Shown here: one piece after another, positions 43,726 through 53,454 of the stretch | Layout of the letters: each line of letters begins with the position of its first letter | Numbering within the stretch: position 1 is the stretch's first letter | Assembly (NCBI GenBank): GCA_023387695.1 | Contig: JAEWHT010000025.1 | Span: 17,453 to 81,452 of the forward strand | Length of the DNA: 64,000 nucleotides | From: Pseudomonadota bacterium | Lineage (GTDB): Bacteria; Pseudomonadota; Alphaproteobacteria; Rhizobiales; Xanthobacteraceae | Direction of reading: 5' to 3' | Translations under genes and position numbers: made by a program | Notes under the pieces: generated by a model | Databases searched by the model: none | Seen by the model: only the letters and a program-made list of their open reading frames with translations | What the model was told of the DNA's origin: nothing

Positions 43726-45005
43726 ATCCCCAGCCGGTCGCGTACGCGGCCGGTGATCACGGCCGTGGTCACGCCGACCGGCCAGAATGCATGCATCGGG
43801 ATCGGCTTGATGCCGGTAACGGGCATGTCGATCTCGGCCGTGGCGCCGCCGATCAGCCGGCGCGCGAGCTGCGCGCCCATCGCGGTCGAGAGTGCAACGC
43901 CGCGGCCGTTGCAGCCGAGCGAGATCAGGATGTTTTCCGCGGGCTCGTGCACATGCGGATAGTGATCCTTGGTGATGGCGAGCCGGCTGTTCCAGCCATG
44001 GGTCCAGGCGACGCCCTTGAGCTGCGGCCACAGCCGCTCAGCGTAACGGATGAGATAGGCGACGTCGTTCGGCGACTTGATCCAGCGCATCGGGCCGCGC
44101 CCGCCCATGAGCAGGCGGTTGTTCTGGTCGATGCGATAGTACACCGTGATATGGCCACTCTCGTAGAGCACGGGACGCGTCGGCATGATCGAGCGCGCGA
44201 CATCGTCCGAGAGCGGCGCGGTAGCCGCGATCGACGAAAACACCGGCACGATGGTGCGGCGGAGCGCGGGCCAGAGATCGTCGGTGAAACCATTCGTCGC
44301 AAGCAGAGCCTTATCAGCATGCACCACCGCACGCGGCGTCTCGATGCGCCAGCGGCTGCCATCGCGGCGGAGCGACAGCGCTGGCGTCTCGCCGTGAACC
44401 TTCGCACCTGCCGAGATCGCCGCGCGCGCAAGGCCGCGGGCGTAGCTGAGCGGATGCAGATCGCCGCCTCGGCTGTCCAGCATGGCGCCGATATAGCGGT
44501 CGGTGCCGGTCATCTCGCGCAATTGCTCGCGATTGAGATAGGACACCGGCATGCCGCGACGGATGCATTGCTGCGCGGTCTTTTCGATCGCGGCGGCGCT
44601 CGCTTCATTGTAAGCCGCACGCAGCGTACCGTTCTGCCGCGCCTCGCACGGGATCTGATAGCGGCGGATCAGGTCGTGGGTGAAGTTCGGGGTGCCATAG
44701 GAGAATTCGATCATGCGGCGGCCGAGCTCGGCACCGAAATCGGCCTCGATCTGATCGGGATCGTGCTTCAAGCCGGGATTGGTGTGGCCGCCATTGTTGC
44801 CCGACGCGCCCCAGCCCGGCTCCTGCGCCTCCAGCACCAGCGCCTCGACACCCTGCTCCGCCAGATGCAACGCCGTCGACAGACCCGTGTAGCCGCCCCC
44901 AATGATGGCGATGGAAACGTTCTTGTCGGCATCGAGCGGCGGCGTGGCCACTGGCGCGACGGCGGTGTCGGCATAGAGCGAGGGCGGCAGCGGCAGGCGC
45001 GTCAT
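43722..45005 (-). CDS. FAD-dependent oxidoreductase, DAO family (gamma-glutamylputrescine oxidase PuuB-like)
   Basis: Dinucleotide fold IAIIGGGYTGLSTALHLAEQG. The ATG at 45005 lies 13 nt after the ABC ATPase stop. Confidence 0.8.
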   Translation of the reverse strand: MTRLPLPPSLYADTAVAPVATPPLDADKNVSIAIIGGGYTGLSTALHLAEQGVEALVLEAQEPGWGASGNNGGHTNPGLKHDPDQIEADFGAELGRRMIEFSYGTPNFTHDLIRRYQIPCEARQNGTLRAAYNEASAAAIEKTAQQCIRRGMPVSYLNREQLREMTGTDRYIGAMLDSRGGDLHPLSYARGLARAAISAGAKVHGETPALSLRRDGSRWRIETPRAVVHADKALLATNGFTDDLWPALRRTIVPVFSSIAATAPLSDDVARSIMPTRPVLYESGHITVYYRIDQNNRLLMGGRGPMRWIKSPNDVAYLIRYAERLWPQLKGVAWTHGWNSRLAITKDHYPHVHEPAENILISLGCNGRGVALSTAMGAQLARRLIGGATAEIDMPVTGIKPIPMHAFWPVGVTTAVITGRVRDRLGI

Positions 45006-45018
45006 TGCAAAAGTCCGG

Positions 45019-45750
45019 TCAGAGCGGATGCAGCACGCGGCGCAAGAAATCCTGCGTGCGCGGATGCTGGGGTTGATTGAGCAGTGCCTTCGCCGGCCCT
45101 TGCTCGACGATGACGCCGCCATCGATGAACAGCACGCGGTCGGCGACATCGCGGGCAAAGCCCATCTCGTGCGTAACGACGACCATGGTCATGCCGTCGT
45201 CGGCGAGCTTGCGCATCACGCCGAGGACGTCGCCGACGAGCTCCGGATCGAGCGCCGAGGTCGGCTCGTCGAACAGAATTGCCTTGGGCTGCATCGCGAG
45301 CGCCCGCGCAATCGCAACGCGCTGCTGCTGGCCGCCGGAAAGTTGCGGCGGATGCGCGTCGGCCTTCTCCGCAAGGCCCACTTGCGCCAGCAGCGCGCGG
45401 CCGCGCTCGAGCGCTTGGCTACGTGGCTCCTTCTTCACGAAGAGCGGCCCCTCGATGACGTTCTCCAGCGCCGTTCGGTGCGGGAACAGGTTGAACCGCT
45501 GGAACACCATCGACACCTGGGTACGGATCTTCACGATCGACGGCGCGTCGCGGTCGACCTTCAGACCTTCAATGCTGATCTCGCCACGGTCGTAGCTTTC
45601 CAGCCCGTTGATGCAGCGCAGGATGGTGGATTTGCCCGAACCCGACGGTCCGACGATGCAGACCACTTCGCCCTTCTGCACGGAGGCCGTGATGCCCTTG
45701 AGCACCTCGACCTTGCCAAAGCTCTTGTGAACGTCGTTGAGCTCGATCAT
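45019..45750 (-). CDS. polar amino-acid ABC transporter ATP-binding protein
   Basis: Walker [10 protein letters not shown], signature [15 protein letters not shown] and Walker [12 protein letters not shown]. The ATG at 45750 overlaps the permease stop (ATGA). Confidence 0.9.
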   Translation of the reverse strand: MIELNDVHKSFGKVEVLKGITASVQKGEVVCIVGPSGSGKSTILRCINGLESYDRGEISIEGLKVDRDAPSIVKIRTQVSMVFQRFNLFPHRTALENVIEGPLFVKKEPRSQALERGRALLAQVGLAEKADAHPPQLSGGQQQRVAIARALAMQPKAILFDEPTSALDPELVGDVLGVMRKLADDGMTMVVVTHEMGFARDVADRVLFIDGGVIVEQGPAKALLNQPQHPRTQDFLRRVLHPL

Positions 45751-46400
45751 CGCTTGCCCGCCCGCTTCTCGAAATGACGGACGAGCAGGATCAGCGGGAT
45801 GCTCATAGTGAGATACATCAGCGCGACCATCGTGAACACGTTGGTGTTCTTGAAGGTCGAGGACGCGATTAGCTTGCCCTGCAACGCGAGTTCGGCGACC
45901 GTGATGGTCGATGCTTGCGAAGAGTCCTTCAGCATCATGATCATGACGTTGCCATAGGGCGGCAGCACGATGCGCACGGCCTGCGGCAGGACCACGCGGC
46001 GCATGGTCAGCCACCAGCCCATGCCGATCGACTGCGCCGCCTCGATCTGGCCCTTGTCGATGGCCTCGATGCCGGCGCGGAAGTTTTCCGCCTGATAGGC
46101 CGAATAGGCGATGCCGAGTCCGAGGATCGCGGCCTGCAGCGCACTAAGCGTGACGCCGAGATCGGGCATCACGAAGTAGAGGTAGAACAGCAGCACGATG
46201 ATCGGGATGCCGCGGATCACGTTGATCAGGCTGGCGCTGAGCAAGGACAGCGCCTTGATGCCGGAGACCCGCATCATCGCCCAGATCAGGCCGAGCACCG
46301 TCGAGAGCAGCAGCGAGCCGATGGTGACGATGATCGTCAGCGCGACGCCGCTCATCAGGATCGGGAAGAACTCGACGGCGTCGTGCCAGAAGCCTTTCAT
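45747..46400 (-). CDS. polar amino-acid ABC transporter permease (His/Glu/Gln/Arg/opine family)
   Basis: Five hydrophobic segments and an EAA-like loop ([23 protein letters not shown]). Confidence 0.85.
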   Translation of the reverse strand: MKGFWHDAVEFFPILMSGVALTIIVTIGSLLLSTVLGLIWAMMRVSGIKALSLLSASLINVIRGIPIIVLLFYLYFVMPDLGVTLSALQAAILGLGIAYSAYQAENFRAGIEAIDKGQIEAAQSIGMGWWLTMRRVVLPQAVRIVLPPYGNVMIMMLKDSSQASTITVAELALQGKLIASSTFKNTNVFTMVALMYLTMSIPLILLVRHFEKRAGKR

Positions 46401-46422
46401 CTGAAAGCCCTATGAGCCTCTA

Positions 46423-47181
46423 TCAGCCCTGGGCCTTCAGGCCCCATTTATCGAGGATCTTGTCGATGGTGCCGTTGGCCTTCAGCTTGGCCAGCGAAGC
46501 GTTGATTTTGCCGAGCAGAGCGGCCTCGCCCTTGCGCACACCGATGCCGACCGAGCCGACGGTGACGGGCTTGTAGCCGTCAACGAGACGCGTCTCGGGG
46601 AAACCGCCTTGCTTCAGATTATAGGCAAGGATCGGATAGTCGGCGTAGCCGGCCTTGAGGCGGCCGGTGTTCACGTCGCGCAGGATGTCGGGGATGGTGT
46701 CGTAGGCCTTCACATCGGCGAACAGGCCGGTCTTCTTCAGCGCGTCGACGAAGGCCGTGCCGACTTGCGCGCCGACCGTCTCGCCCTTGAGATCGTCCTG
46801 CGTGGCATAGGCCTTGGTGTCGCTCTTGGGCACGACCAGGCCTTCGCCATAGGTGTAGATCGGATCAGAGAAATCGACGACTTCCTTGCGGGGCGCGGTG
46901 ATGAACATCGCGGCGGCAATGATGTCGATCTTGCTTGAGGTCAGCGACGGGATCAGCGCCGAGAACTGCATCGGCTCGATCTGCACGTTGAAACCGGCGT
47001 CCTTGCCGATCTCGGTGACGAGATCGACCATGATGCCCTGGATGGTGTTGGTCTTGGTGTCGAGGAAGGTGAAGGGAATGCCCGTCGGCGTCGAGCCGAC
47101 TTTCAGCACCTGCTGCGCCGACGCCGGCGCCACGGCGCAAAGTGCGAGCGCCGCAATCGCGGCCAGACCAAAACGCTTCAT
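46423..47181 (-). CDS. polar amino-acid ABC transporter substrate-binding protein (family 3)
   Basis: Signal peptide ..APASAQQ, then VGSTPTGIPFTF and DIIAAAMFITPRK-like segments. Confidence 0.85.
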   Translation of the reverse strand: MKRFGLAAIAALALCAVAPASAQQVLKVGSTPTGIPFTFLDTKTNTIQGIMVDLVTEIGKDAGFNVQIEPMQFSALIPSLTSSKIDIIAAAMFITAPRKEVVDFSDPIYTYGEGLVVPKSDTKAYATQDDLKGETVGAQVGTAFVDALKKTGLFADVKAYDTIPDILRDVNTGRLKAGYADYPILAYNLKQGGFPETRLVDGYKPVTVGSVGIGVRKGEAALLGKINASLAKLKANGTIDKILDKWGLKAQG

Positions 47182-47314
47182 CGCATCCCCCTTTGGGTCC
47201 GGCCGATGGCGGCGCTCGCGTGTCTCGTGATCAGACGTTGCGGGCCGCGCCGTTTCGGCCTATTTTCACCAATATGAAAATTTGGTCACACTTTCGCGGA
47301 TGACGCAAGCGGTT

Positions 47315-47328
47315 TTCATGCACATGAA
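47315..47328. promoter_or_regulatory. 6-2-6 perfect palindrome TTCATG-CA-CATGAA in the divergent ABC-operon/XRE-cupin regulator region
   Basis: Read directly from the sequence. It lies 15 nt upstream of the regulator start. Any function is unproven. Confidence 0.25.
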
Positions 47329-47342
47329 GGAAGCGGTTTGAC

Positions 47343-48011
47343 GTGAGCGGTGGCAAAAGAATGCGCAAACCGGCCGCCGCAAAGCCGGTCAAGAAGGTCA
47401 AGAAGGTCAAGAAGGCTACCGCGAAGCCGGCGGAGCCTGCAATGGACGTTGCGGTCGGCCGCCGTATCCGCGATCTCAGGCGCGTGAGGCAGTTCTCGCT
47501 GGAAACGGTCGCAGCACGCACGGATCTGTCGATAGGCTTCCTCAGCCAGATCGAGCGTGGTCTGTCGTCGCCATCACTGCGCGTGCTGGCGACCCTCGCC
47601 GACGTGCTCGGCGTCGGTATCGCCGCACTGTTCGGCGCGAGCCCGAACGCCGACGGTGCATCCAATCAGGTCGTCACGCGCGGATTGCAACGACCGGAGC
47701 TGAAGCTTTGGCGCACCGGCGTGTCCAAACAATTGCTGAGCCCCGCAAGTGCCGACAACAAGCTAAATCTGTTCATGGTGCATCTGGAGCCCGGCGGTTC
47801 GACGGGCGATGAACTCTACACCCATGACGGTGAAGAAGCCGGCCTCGTGCTCGAAGGCGAGATGATGCTGACGGTGGACAGCGATACATGGTCGCTGAAG
47901 ACCGGCGACAGCTTTCGGTTTGCGAGCCGCAGGCCACACCGGTTTTCCAATCCGGCGAATGATGCGAAGGCCGTGGTGCTGTGGGTGAATTGCGTGACCG
48001 GGGCGGGGTAG
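47343..48011 (+). CDS. XRE-family HTH + cupin transcriptional regulator with a Lys-rich N-terminal tail
   Basis: HTH segment VGRRIRDLRRVRQFSLETVAARTDLSIGFLSQIERG and a C-terminal cupin (HDGEEAGLVLEGEM..GDSFRF). The GTG at 47343 has GAAGGAAG upstream. Confidence 0.8.
   Translation: MSGGKRMRKPAAAKPVKKVKKVKKATAKPAEPAMDVAVGRRIRDLRRVRQFSLETVAARTDLSIGFLSQIERGLSSPSLRVLATLADVLGVGIAALFGASPNADGASNQVVTRGLQRPELKLWRTGVSKQLLSPASADNKLNLFMVHLEPGGSTGDELYTHDGEEAGLVLEGEMMLTVDSDTWSLKTGDSFRFASRRPHRFSNPANDAKAVVLWVNCVTGAG
47388..47414 (+). repeat. perfect 9-bp tandem repeat x3 (gtcaagaag) inside the regulator CDS, encoding VKKVKKVKK
   Basis: Read directly from the sequence. Confidence 0.9.
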
Positions 48012-48017
48012 GCCATC

Positions 48018-48097
48018 GTCGTTCCGGGGCGATGCAAAGCATCGAACCCGGAACCTCGAGATTCCGGGTTCGCCTCTTTGAGGCGCCCCGGAATGAC
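48018..48097. repeat. REP-like nested palindrome (outer arms plus three internal hairpins)
   Basis: Outer arms gtcgttccggggcg and cgccccggaatgac. Inner hairpins gatgc-aaa-gcatc, gaacccggaa-N8-ttccgggttc and gcctc-ttt-gaggc. It lies between convergent gene ends. Confidence 0.85.
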
Positions 48098-48105
48098 AAC
48101 ATCGA

Positions 48106-49371
48106 TCACCCGAACCGGTGCTGATACCGATCCACCGTCAACTCGCTCACGTCCACCTCCGGCTTCTTGCCCGACAGCATGTCCGCGAGGATACGGCCGG
48201 AGCCGCAGGACATGGTCCAGCCGAGCGTGCCGTGGCCGGTGTTGAGGTGGAGATTGGCGTACTTCGTCGAGCCGATCACGGGCGGGCCATCCGGCGTCAT
48301 CGGACGCAGGCCGCTCCAGAACGTCGCCTTGGAAAGATCGCCGCCACGCGGGAACAGGTCGCTCACGGAGTGATCGAGCGTGGCGCGGCGCGCGTCATAG
48401 AGCTGGGTCGAGAAGCCGGAGATCTCCGCGGTGCCACCGACGCGGATGCGATTGCCGAGGCGGGTGATCGCGACCTTGTAGCTCTCGTCCATCACGGTGG
48501 ATTCCGGCGCGCCGGAGGCGTCCTTGATCGGCACCGTGATCGAATAGCCCTTGACCGGATAGACCGGCAGCGAGATGCCGAGCGGCGCCGCCATTCGCGA
48601 TGAATAGCTGCCGAGCGCGAGCACATACGAGTCCGCCTGCAGCATGCCGGCGCTGGTCACGACGCCGGTGACGCGACCGCCCTCGGTGACGATGCGATCG
48701 ATCCCGGTGTTGAACATGAAGCGCACGCCGAGCGCCTCAGCATGCTTGGCCAGCGCCTGCGTGAACATGTGGCAGTCGCCGGTCTCGTCCTGCGGCAGAC
48801 GAAGGCCGCCGACGAATTTTTCCTTCACGCCCGCGAGCGCCGGCTCGACTGCGATGCAGCCCTCGCGGCTCAGCGTCTCGTAGGGCACGCCGTATTGCTT
48901 GAGCACGGCGACGTCTTCGCCGGTGCCGTCGAGCTGCGCCTGGTAACGAAATAGCTGCAGCGTGCCTTGCGAGCGCTCGTCATATTGAATGCCGATGTCG
49001 CGGCGGAGATCGCGCAGGCAATCTCGGCTGTATTCCGCGATCGGGATCATCCGGCTCTTGTTGACCGCGTAGCGCGCGCTGGTGCAGTTGCGCAGCATCT
49101 TGAGCAGCCAGACCCACATCACCGGATCGAGCTTCGGCCGGATCACCAGCGGACCGTGCTTCATCAAGAGCCACTTGACCGCCTTCACCGGCACGCCGGG
49201 ACCAGCCCATGGCGAAGAATAGCCAGGCGAGACTTCGCCGGCATTGGCAAAAGACGTCTCCAGCGCCGGTTCGGGTTGACGATCAACGACCGTCACTTCG
49301 TGACCGGCGCGGGCGAGGTAGTAGGCAGAGGTGACACCGATGACACCGCTGCCGAGGATCAGAACTTTCAC
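48106..49371 (-). CDS. dadA: D-amino-acid dehydrogenase
   Basis: [32 protein letters not shown]...[19 protein letters not shown] is DadA-typical. Confidence 0.85.
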   Translation of the reverse strand: MKVLILGSGVIGVTSAYYLARAGHEVTVVDRQPEPALETSFANAGEVSPGYSSPWAGPGVPVKAVKWLLMKHGPLVIRPKLDPVMWVWLLKMLRNCTSARYAVNKSRMIPIAEYSRDCLRDLRRDIGIQYDERSQGTLQLFRYQAQLDGTGEDVAVLKQYGVPYETLSREGCIAVEPALAGVKEKFVGGLRLPQDETGDCHMFTQALAKHAEALGVRFMFNTGIDRIVTEGGRVTGVVTSAGMLQADSYVLALGSYSSRMAAPLGISLPVYPVKGYSITVPIKDASGAPESTVMDESYKVAITRLGNRIRVGGTAEISGFSTQLYDARRATLDHSVSDLFPRGGDLSKATFWSGLRPMTPDGPPVIGSTKYANLHLNTGHGTLGWTMSCGSGRILADMLSGKKPEVDVSELTVDRYQHRFG

Positions 49372-49440
49372 GCTTGGTCAAACTCCCGCGGCATCACGCT
49401 CGCCGCTGCAAGAAACAACTCGCAACGGCGAGAGCAATTA

Positions 49441-50769
49441 TCAGGCCACGCGCTTGATGGCGTCGCCCAGGATCGACACGATGTCGTCGATGTGACTCTT
49501 CTCGACGATGAGCGGCGGCGACAGCGCGAAGGAGTCGCCACTCATGCGGAAGTAGAGCCCGCGATTGAAGCAGTCGACCATGACGTCATAACCGCGCGCA
49601 CCGACCGCGCCGTCGCGCGGCGACAGCTCGACCGCGCCCATCAGGCCGCAATTGCGGATGTCGATGACGTTGGGCAGGCCCTTGAGCGAATGCAGCGCAT
49701 CGCGCCAGTATTCGGCGATCGAGGCACCGCGCGTCAGCAGGCCTTCGTCCTTGTAGATGTCGAGCGTGGCGATGCCCGCCGCGCAGGCCGTCGGATGCGC
49801 CGAGTAGGTGTAGCCGTGGAACAGCTCCATGACGTTTTCCGGGCCGATCATCATGGCGTCATGCACCTTGCGATGCGCGAACACCGCGCCGCAGGGAATG
49901 GTGCCGTTGGTGATGCCCTTGGCCGTCGTCATCAGGTCCGGGGTGACGCCGAAGAAGTTGGCAGCGAACGGCGTGCCGAGGCGGCCGAAGCCGGTGATGA
50001 CCTCGTCGAAGATCAGCAGGATGCCGTGCTTGTCGCAGATCTCGCGCAGGCGCTGCAGATAGCCCTTCGGCGGCGGCAGCACCGCGGTCGAACCCGGCAC
50101 CGGCTCGACGATCACGGCGGCGATCGTCTCGGCACCGTGCAGGCCGACCAGACGCTCGAGATCGTCAGCGAGCTCGGCGCCATGCTCCGGCTGATCCTTG
50201 GCGAAAGCGTTGCGGGAGAGATCATGGGTATGACGGATGTGATCGACGCCCGGTAGCAGCGTGGCGAAGGCGCGACGGTTGGCGACCATGCCGCCGACCG
50301 AGGTGCCGCCGAAGCCGACGCCGTGATAGCCGCGTTCGCGGCCGATCAGGCGGGTGCGGCTCGCCTGGCCGTTGGCGCGATGATAGGCGAGCGCGATCTT
50401 GAGCGCGGTATCGACTGATTCAGAGCCCGAGTTGGTGAAGAAGATGCGATCGAGGCCCTTCGGCGCGATCTCGGCGAGGCGCTCGGCAAAGTCGAAGGCC
50501 AGCGGGTGGCCCATCTGGAACGACGGCGCGAAGTCCAGCGTCATCAACTGCCGCTCGACGGCGGCGGCGATCTGCTTGCGGCCGTGGCCGGCATTGACGC
50601 ACCAGAGGCCCGCGGAGCCGTCGATCACCTTGCGGCCGTCGACGGTGGTGTAGTGCATGCCCTCGGCCGACGAGAACAGCCGCGGCGCCTTCTTGAACTG
50701 ACGATTGGCCGTGAACGGCATCCAGAACGAGTCGGTCTTGATAGTGTTCGGAATCTGATGAAGGGTCAC
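49441..50769 (-). CDS. class III (omega) aminotransferase, beta-alanine/putrescine--pyruvate type
   Basis: FWMPFTANRQFK N-terminus, IFDEVITGFGRLG, and TTAKGITNG (PLP Lys context). The GTG at 50769 has GGAG 8 nt upstream. Confidence 0.85.
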   Translation of the reverse strand: MTLHQIPNTIKTDSFWMPFTANRQFKKAPRLFSSAEGMHYTTVDGRKVIDGSAGLWCVNAGHGRKQIAAAVERQLMTLDFAPSFQMGHPLAFDFAERLAEIAPKGLDRIFFTNSGSESVDTALKIALAYHRANGQASRTRLIGRERGYHGVGFGGTSVGGMVANRRAFATLLPGVDHIRHTHDLSRNAFAKDQPEHGAELADDLERLVGLHGAETIAAVIVEPVPGSTAVLPPPKGYLQRLREICDKHGILLIFDEVITGFGRLGTPFAANFFGVTPDLMTTAKGITNGTIPCGAVFAHRKVHDAMMIGPENVMELFHGYTYSAHPTACAAGIATLDIYKDEGLLTRGASIAEYWRDALHSLKGLPNVIDIRNCGLMGAVELSPRDGAVGARGYDVMVDCFNRGLYFRMSGDSFALSPPLIVEKSHIDDIVSILGDAIKRVA

Positions 50770-50918
50770 GGGCCACGCTCCTTTGCTGACAGCATAGCAG
50801 AGCCACGGCTTCGATAGGGCAACAAGTCCTTTTCTGGTGAGCCGCAAACCATTGATTTTACTAGGCTCACTGGTCCATATTTGCGCGATCCGCAACACCT
50901 GAAACAGGGACCAGGGGC

Positions 50919-51467
50919 ATGAGCGTCGACATCGGTGGACGGCTGCGATTCATCCGGGCGCGCCACAAGCTGTCGCAGCGCGAGCTCGCCAAGCGTGCCG
51001 GTGTCACCAATTCGACGATTTCACTGATCGAATCCAACCAGATGAACCCATCGGTCGGCGCGCTCAAGCGCATCCTCGACGGCATCCCAATGGGGCTCGC
51101 CGAGTTCTTCGCGCTGGAGCCCGAGAGCCGGCGCAAGATCTTCTACCGTGCCGAAGAGCTCACCGAGGTCGGCAAGAAGCCGATCTCGTATCGGCAAGTC
51201 GGCGACAATCTGTTCGGCCGCAGCCTTCAGATCCTGAAAGAACGCTACGAGCCCGGCAGCGACACCGGTCGCGTTCATCTCGTCCATGACGGCGAGGAAG
51301 GCGGCATCGTGATCTCGGGCAAGCTCGAAGTCACCGTCGAGGACGAGCGACGCATCCTCAATCCCGGCGACGCCTATTATTTCGAGAGCCGTCGCCCGCA
51401 CCGCTTTCGCTGTGTCGGCGGCAAACCGTGCGAAGTGATCTCGGCATGCACGCCGCCGACGTTTTGA
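50919..51467 (+). CDS. XRE-family HTH + cupin regulator (PuuR-like)
   Basis: GGRLRFIRARHKLSQRELAKRAGVTNSTISLIESN HTH plus a cupin (HDGEEGGIVISGKL..GDAYYF). Confidence 0.8.
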   Translation: MSVDIGGRLRFIRARHKLSQRELAKRAGVTNSTISLIESNQMNPSVGALKRILDGIPMGLAEFFALEPESRRKIFYRAEELTEVGKKPISYRQVGDNLFGRSLQILKERYEPGSDTGRVHLVHDGEEGGIVISGKLEVTVEDERRILNPGDAYYFESRRPHRFRCVGGKPCEVISACTPPTF

Positions 51468-51606
51468 AGCGCGCTCGCCCTATCCGGAAACTTACGGAGC
51501 CACCGGTATCTTACGGTGCTTGATGCACCTCAATTTCAGCGCGGCGGTCTTCTATATGTTGCGAGCCTCAGCCGGGGAGCTGAGCTACCTCGTAACAGAG
51601 CTCGCG

Positions 51607-51759
51607 ATGAAGACCACCCTCGCCAATGCAGAAACCGCGCTCGACGACGTTCAGCGCGACACACGCAAGCTCCATTCACGGGAGCTGCGCGAGGCTATCG
51701 AGAAATACATCGAAGAGCAGCGGGAGCAGATCAAGGCACTCCGCCGGATGATAAACTGA
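51607..51759 (+). CDS. possible 50-aa coiled-coil small protein
   Basis: Host-like codon usage. The SD is weak and an alternative ATG lies at 51523. There is no homology support. Confidence 0.3.
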   Translation: MKTTLANAETALDDVQRDTRKLHSRELREAIEKYIEEQREQIKALRRMIN

Positions 51760-51862
51760 TCCGGCCGCCTGGGCCTGCGCGACGCCATCCAGCCTCCTGA
51801 ACCACAAGGGCGCAAGCGGCGACCAAGTAGCAGATCAGAGTCTGCTTCGACCAAGAGCCGCC

Positions 51863-53380
51863 ATGTCCACGCCTATACGCCTCGCGCTGCTTGCAGCCGC
51901 GTTGCTCAGCCCCGCCACAGCTGAGGCGATGGACGACTTCATGCGCGCCAGCAGCAGCGGGCCCGCGGCGATGACGTTCTGCGGGAAAAACTCCGACGGA
52001 AGCAAGCTCGAGGGCGGCGCGAGCAAGTTTTGCAAAGTTAACGGTTACGACAAACTCGCCGCTGCGGTCGACACATCATTCGCCGCTGCAGTCGGCAAGG
52101 CTCCCGCGAATGTCCGGCCCCTGTTCAAGCGGGACCAGGCATGGTTCAACGAGATGATCCAGGAAGCCGCCTATACTGTTGAGGACGCCGACGAGGCCGA
52201 ACTGCGTCAGAATATGACCGACGTGCTGCGCCGGCGCGCGGCCATGCTCGACGACCTCGCGCGCAGCTTCGGCCGCAACGGCCTCACCGGCGCGTGGGCC
52301 AATGCGTTCGGTGGCGTCACCATCACAACGGCTGAAGCTGGCGCCTACCACCTCAATGCGGAGCTGAGCTCCGACTATGGCAGCGACAAGCACTGGCAGT
52401 GCAAGCTCAAGGCTGACGTCAAGCCGGGCGCAGACAGCTGGCTCGTTGGTGTCACGGTCCCGACGCAACCATCCGAGCCTGGCGCCAAACCGGCCGATCC
52501 CCTCCCCATTAAATTACGACGCCAGGGCGACACGCTTCGCGTCGTTCTACAGGCGAGCGAAGAACAATGGTTCTCGTCGAATGATCCGGACTGCGATCAC
52601 CCCGGCCAGGTGACCGGCACCTATTTCGCGCGCAGCAGCCAAAATGGAACCGACAGGACCGAAACAGGCTTCGTAACGCCAACCTTCGACTGCGCACGAC
52701 CAGAGACCGCGACCGACGAGGAAATTTGCGCCGACCCGGATCTCGCGGCCAACGACCTGCGACTGAACCGTGCATGGAAAGCGCTGCTGCCGCGCCTGGA
52801 CGATGCAACGCGACGCGCGCTGACGGACGACCAGCGCCATTGGGTGAGCGCCCAGGCTCTGCAATATCCCGAATTCCTGCATCCTGCGTGGGAGAAGCAG
52901 ACATCAGCGATGCATTACACCGTGTTTGGACGCGACCGTCTCAACAGCCTGCAACGTGAACGCATTGCGCTGCTCGAAGGCTTTGACGACAAACGCGTTG
53001 GTCTTGCCGGCACATGGTTGGCTTACAACGCGATGATCAAGATCACCATCGGCAAGGATGGCTCGATCGATGCTCAGGGTTGGAAGTGGCAGCAGGCCGA
53101 CTGGAAGGGCGGCTGCGACTACGAAATGAGCGGCGAGGTCAAGGCGGGTACGTTCCGGGCAAGCGACCAGGGCAAGAATCCCGATACGCTGGAGCGCGAC
53201 CACGCGATGCTCATCGTCAACCGGCTGGACGACGCCTTTGCCAGCAAGCGCGAAGGCAGGGCCGATAATTCCGGCGACGAGCCGAAATGCAAGCGCAACA
53301 TCACGATCTCCTCGACGGCACGGCTGTTTCCGGCAAAGCCCTCGGAGGACATCGACAACCCTTCGGACTCGATCCGCTAG
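51863..53380 (+). CDS. secreted DUF1311 (LprI lysozyme-inhibitor-like) domain protein
   Basis: Signal peptide MSTPIRLALLAAALLSPATAEA. The DUF1311-like segment is EEICADPDLAANDLRLNRAWKALL...DDQRHWVSAQ. Confidence 0.6.
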   Translation: MSTPIRLALLAAALLSPATAEAMDDFMRASSSGPAAMTFCGKNSDGSKLEGGASKFCKVNGYDKLAAAVDTSFAAAVGKAPANVRPLFKRDQAWFNEMIQEAAYTVEDADEAELRQNMTDVLRRRAAMLDDLARSFGRNGLTGAWANAFGGVTITTAEAGAYHLNAELSSDYGSDKHWQCKLKADVKPGADSWLVGVTVPTQPSEPGAKPADPLPIKLRRQGDTLRVVLQASEEQWFSSNDPDCDHPGQVTGTYFARSSQNGTDRTETGFVTPTFDCARPETATDEEICADPDLAANDLRLNRAWKALLPRLDDATRRALTDDQRHWVSAQALQYPEFLHPAWEKQTSAMHYTVFGRDRLNSLQRERIALLEGFDDKRVGLAGTWLAYNAMIKITIGKDGSIDAQGWKWQQADWKGGCDYEMSGEVKAGTFRASDQGKNPDTLERDHAMLIVNRLDDAFASKREGRADNSGDEPKCKRNITISSTARLFPAKPSEDIDNPSDSIR

Positions 53381-53454
53381 CGTTCGAACCTGACGCGGCA
53401 CAGGCGAGACCAAGAACCAGATCAACCTTTCCCGCCTCGCGGAGTACATTCACC

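Noticed and set aside
47388-47414. Checked tandem and palindromic repeats as possible CRISPR arrays
   Set aside because: There are no regularly spaced direct repeats with unique spacers anywhere. The repeats found are an in-frame 9-bp triplet and isolated REP-like palindromes.
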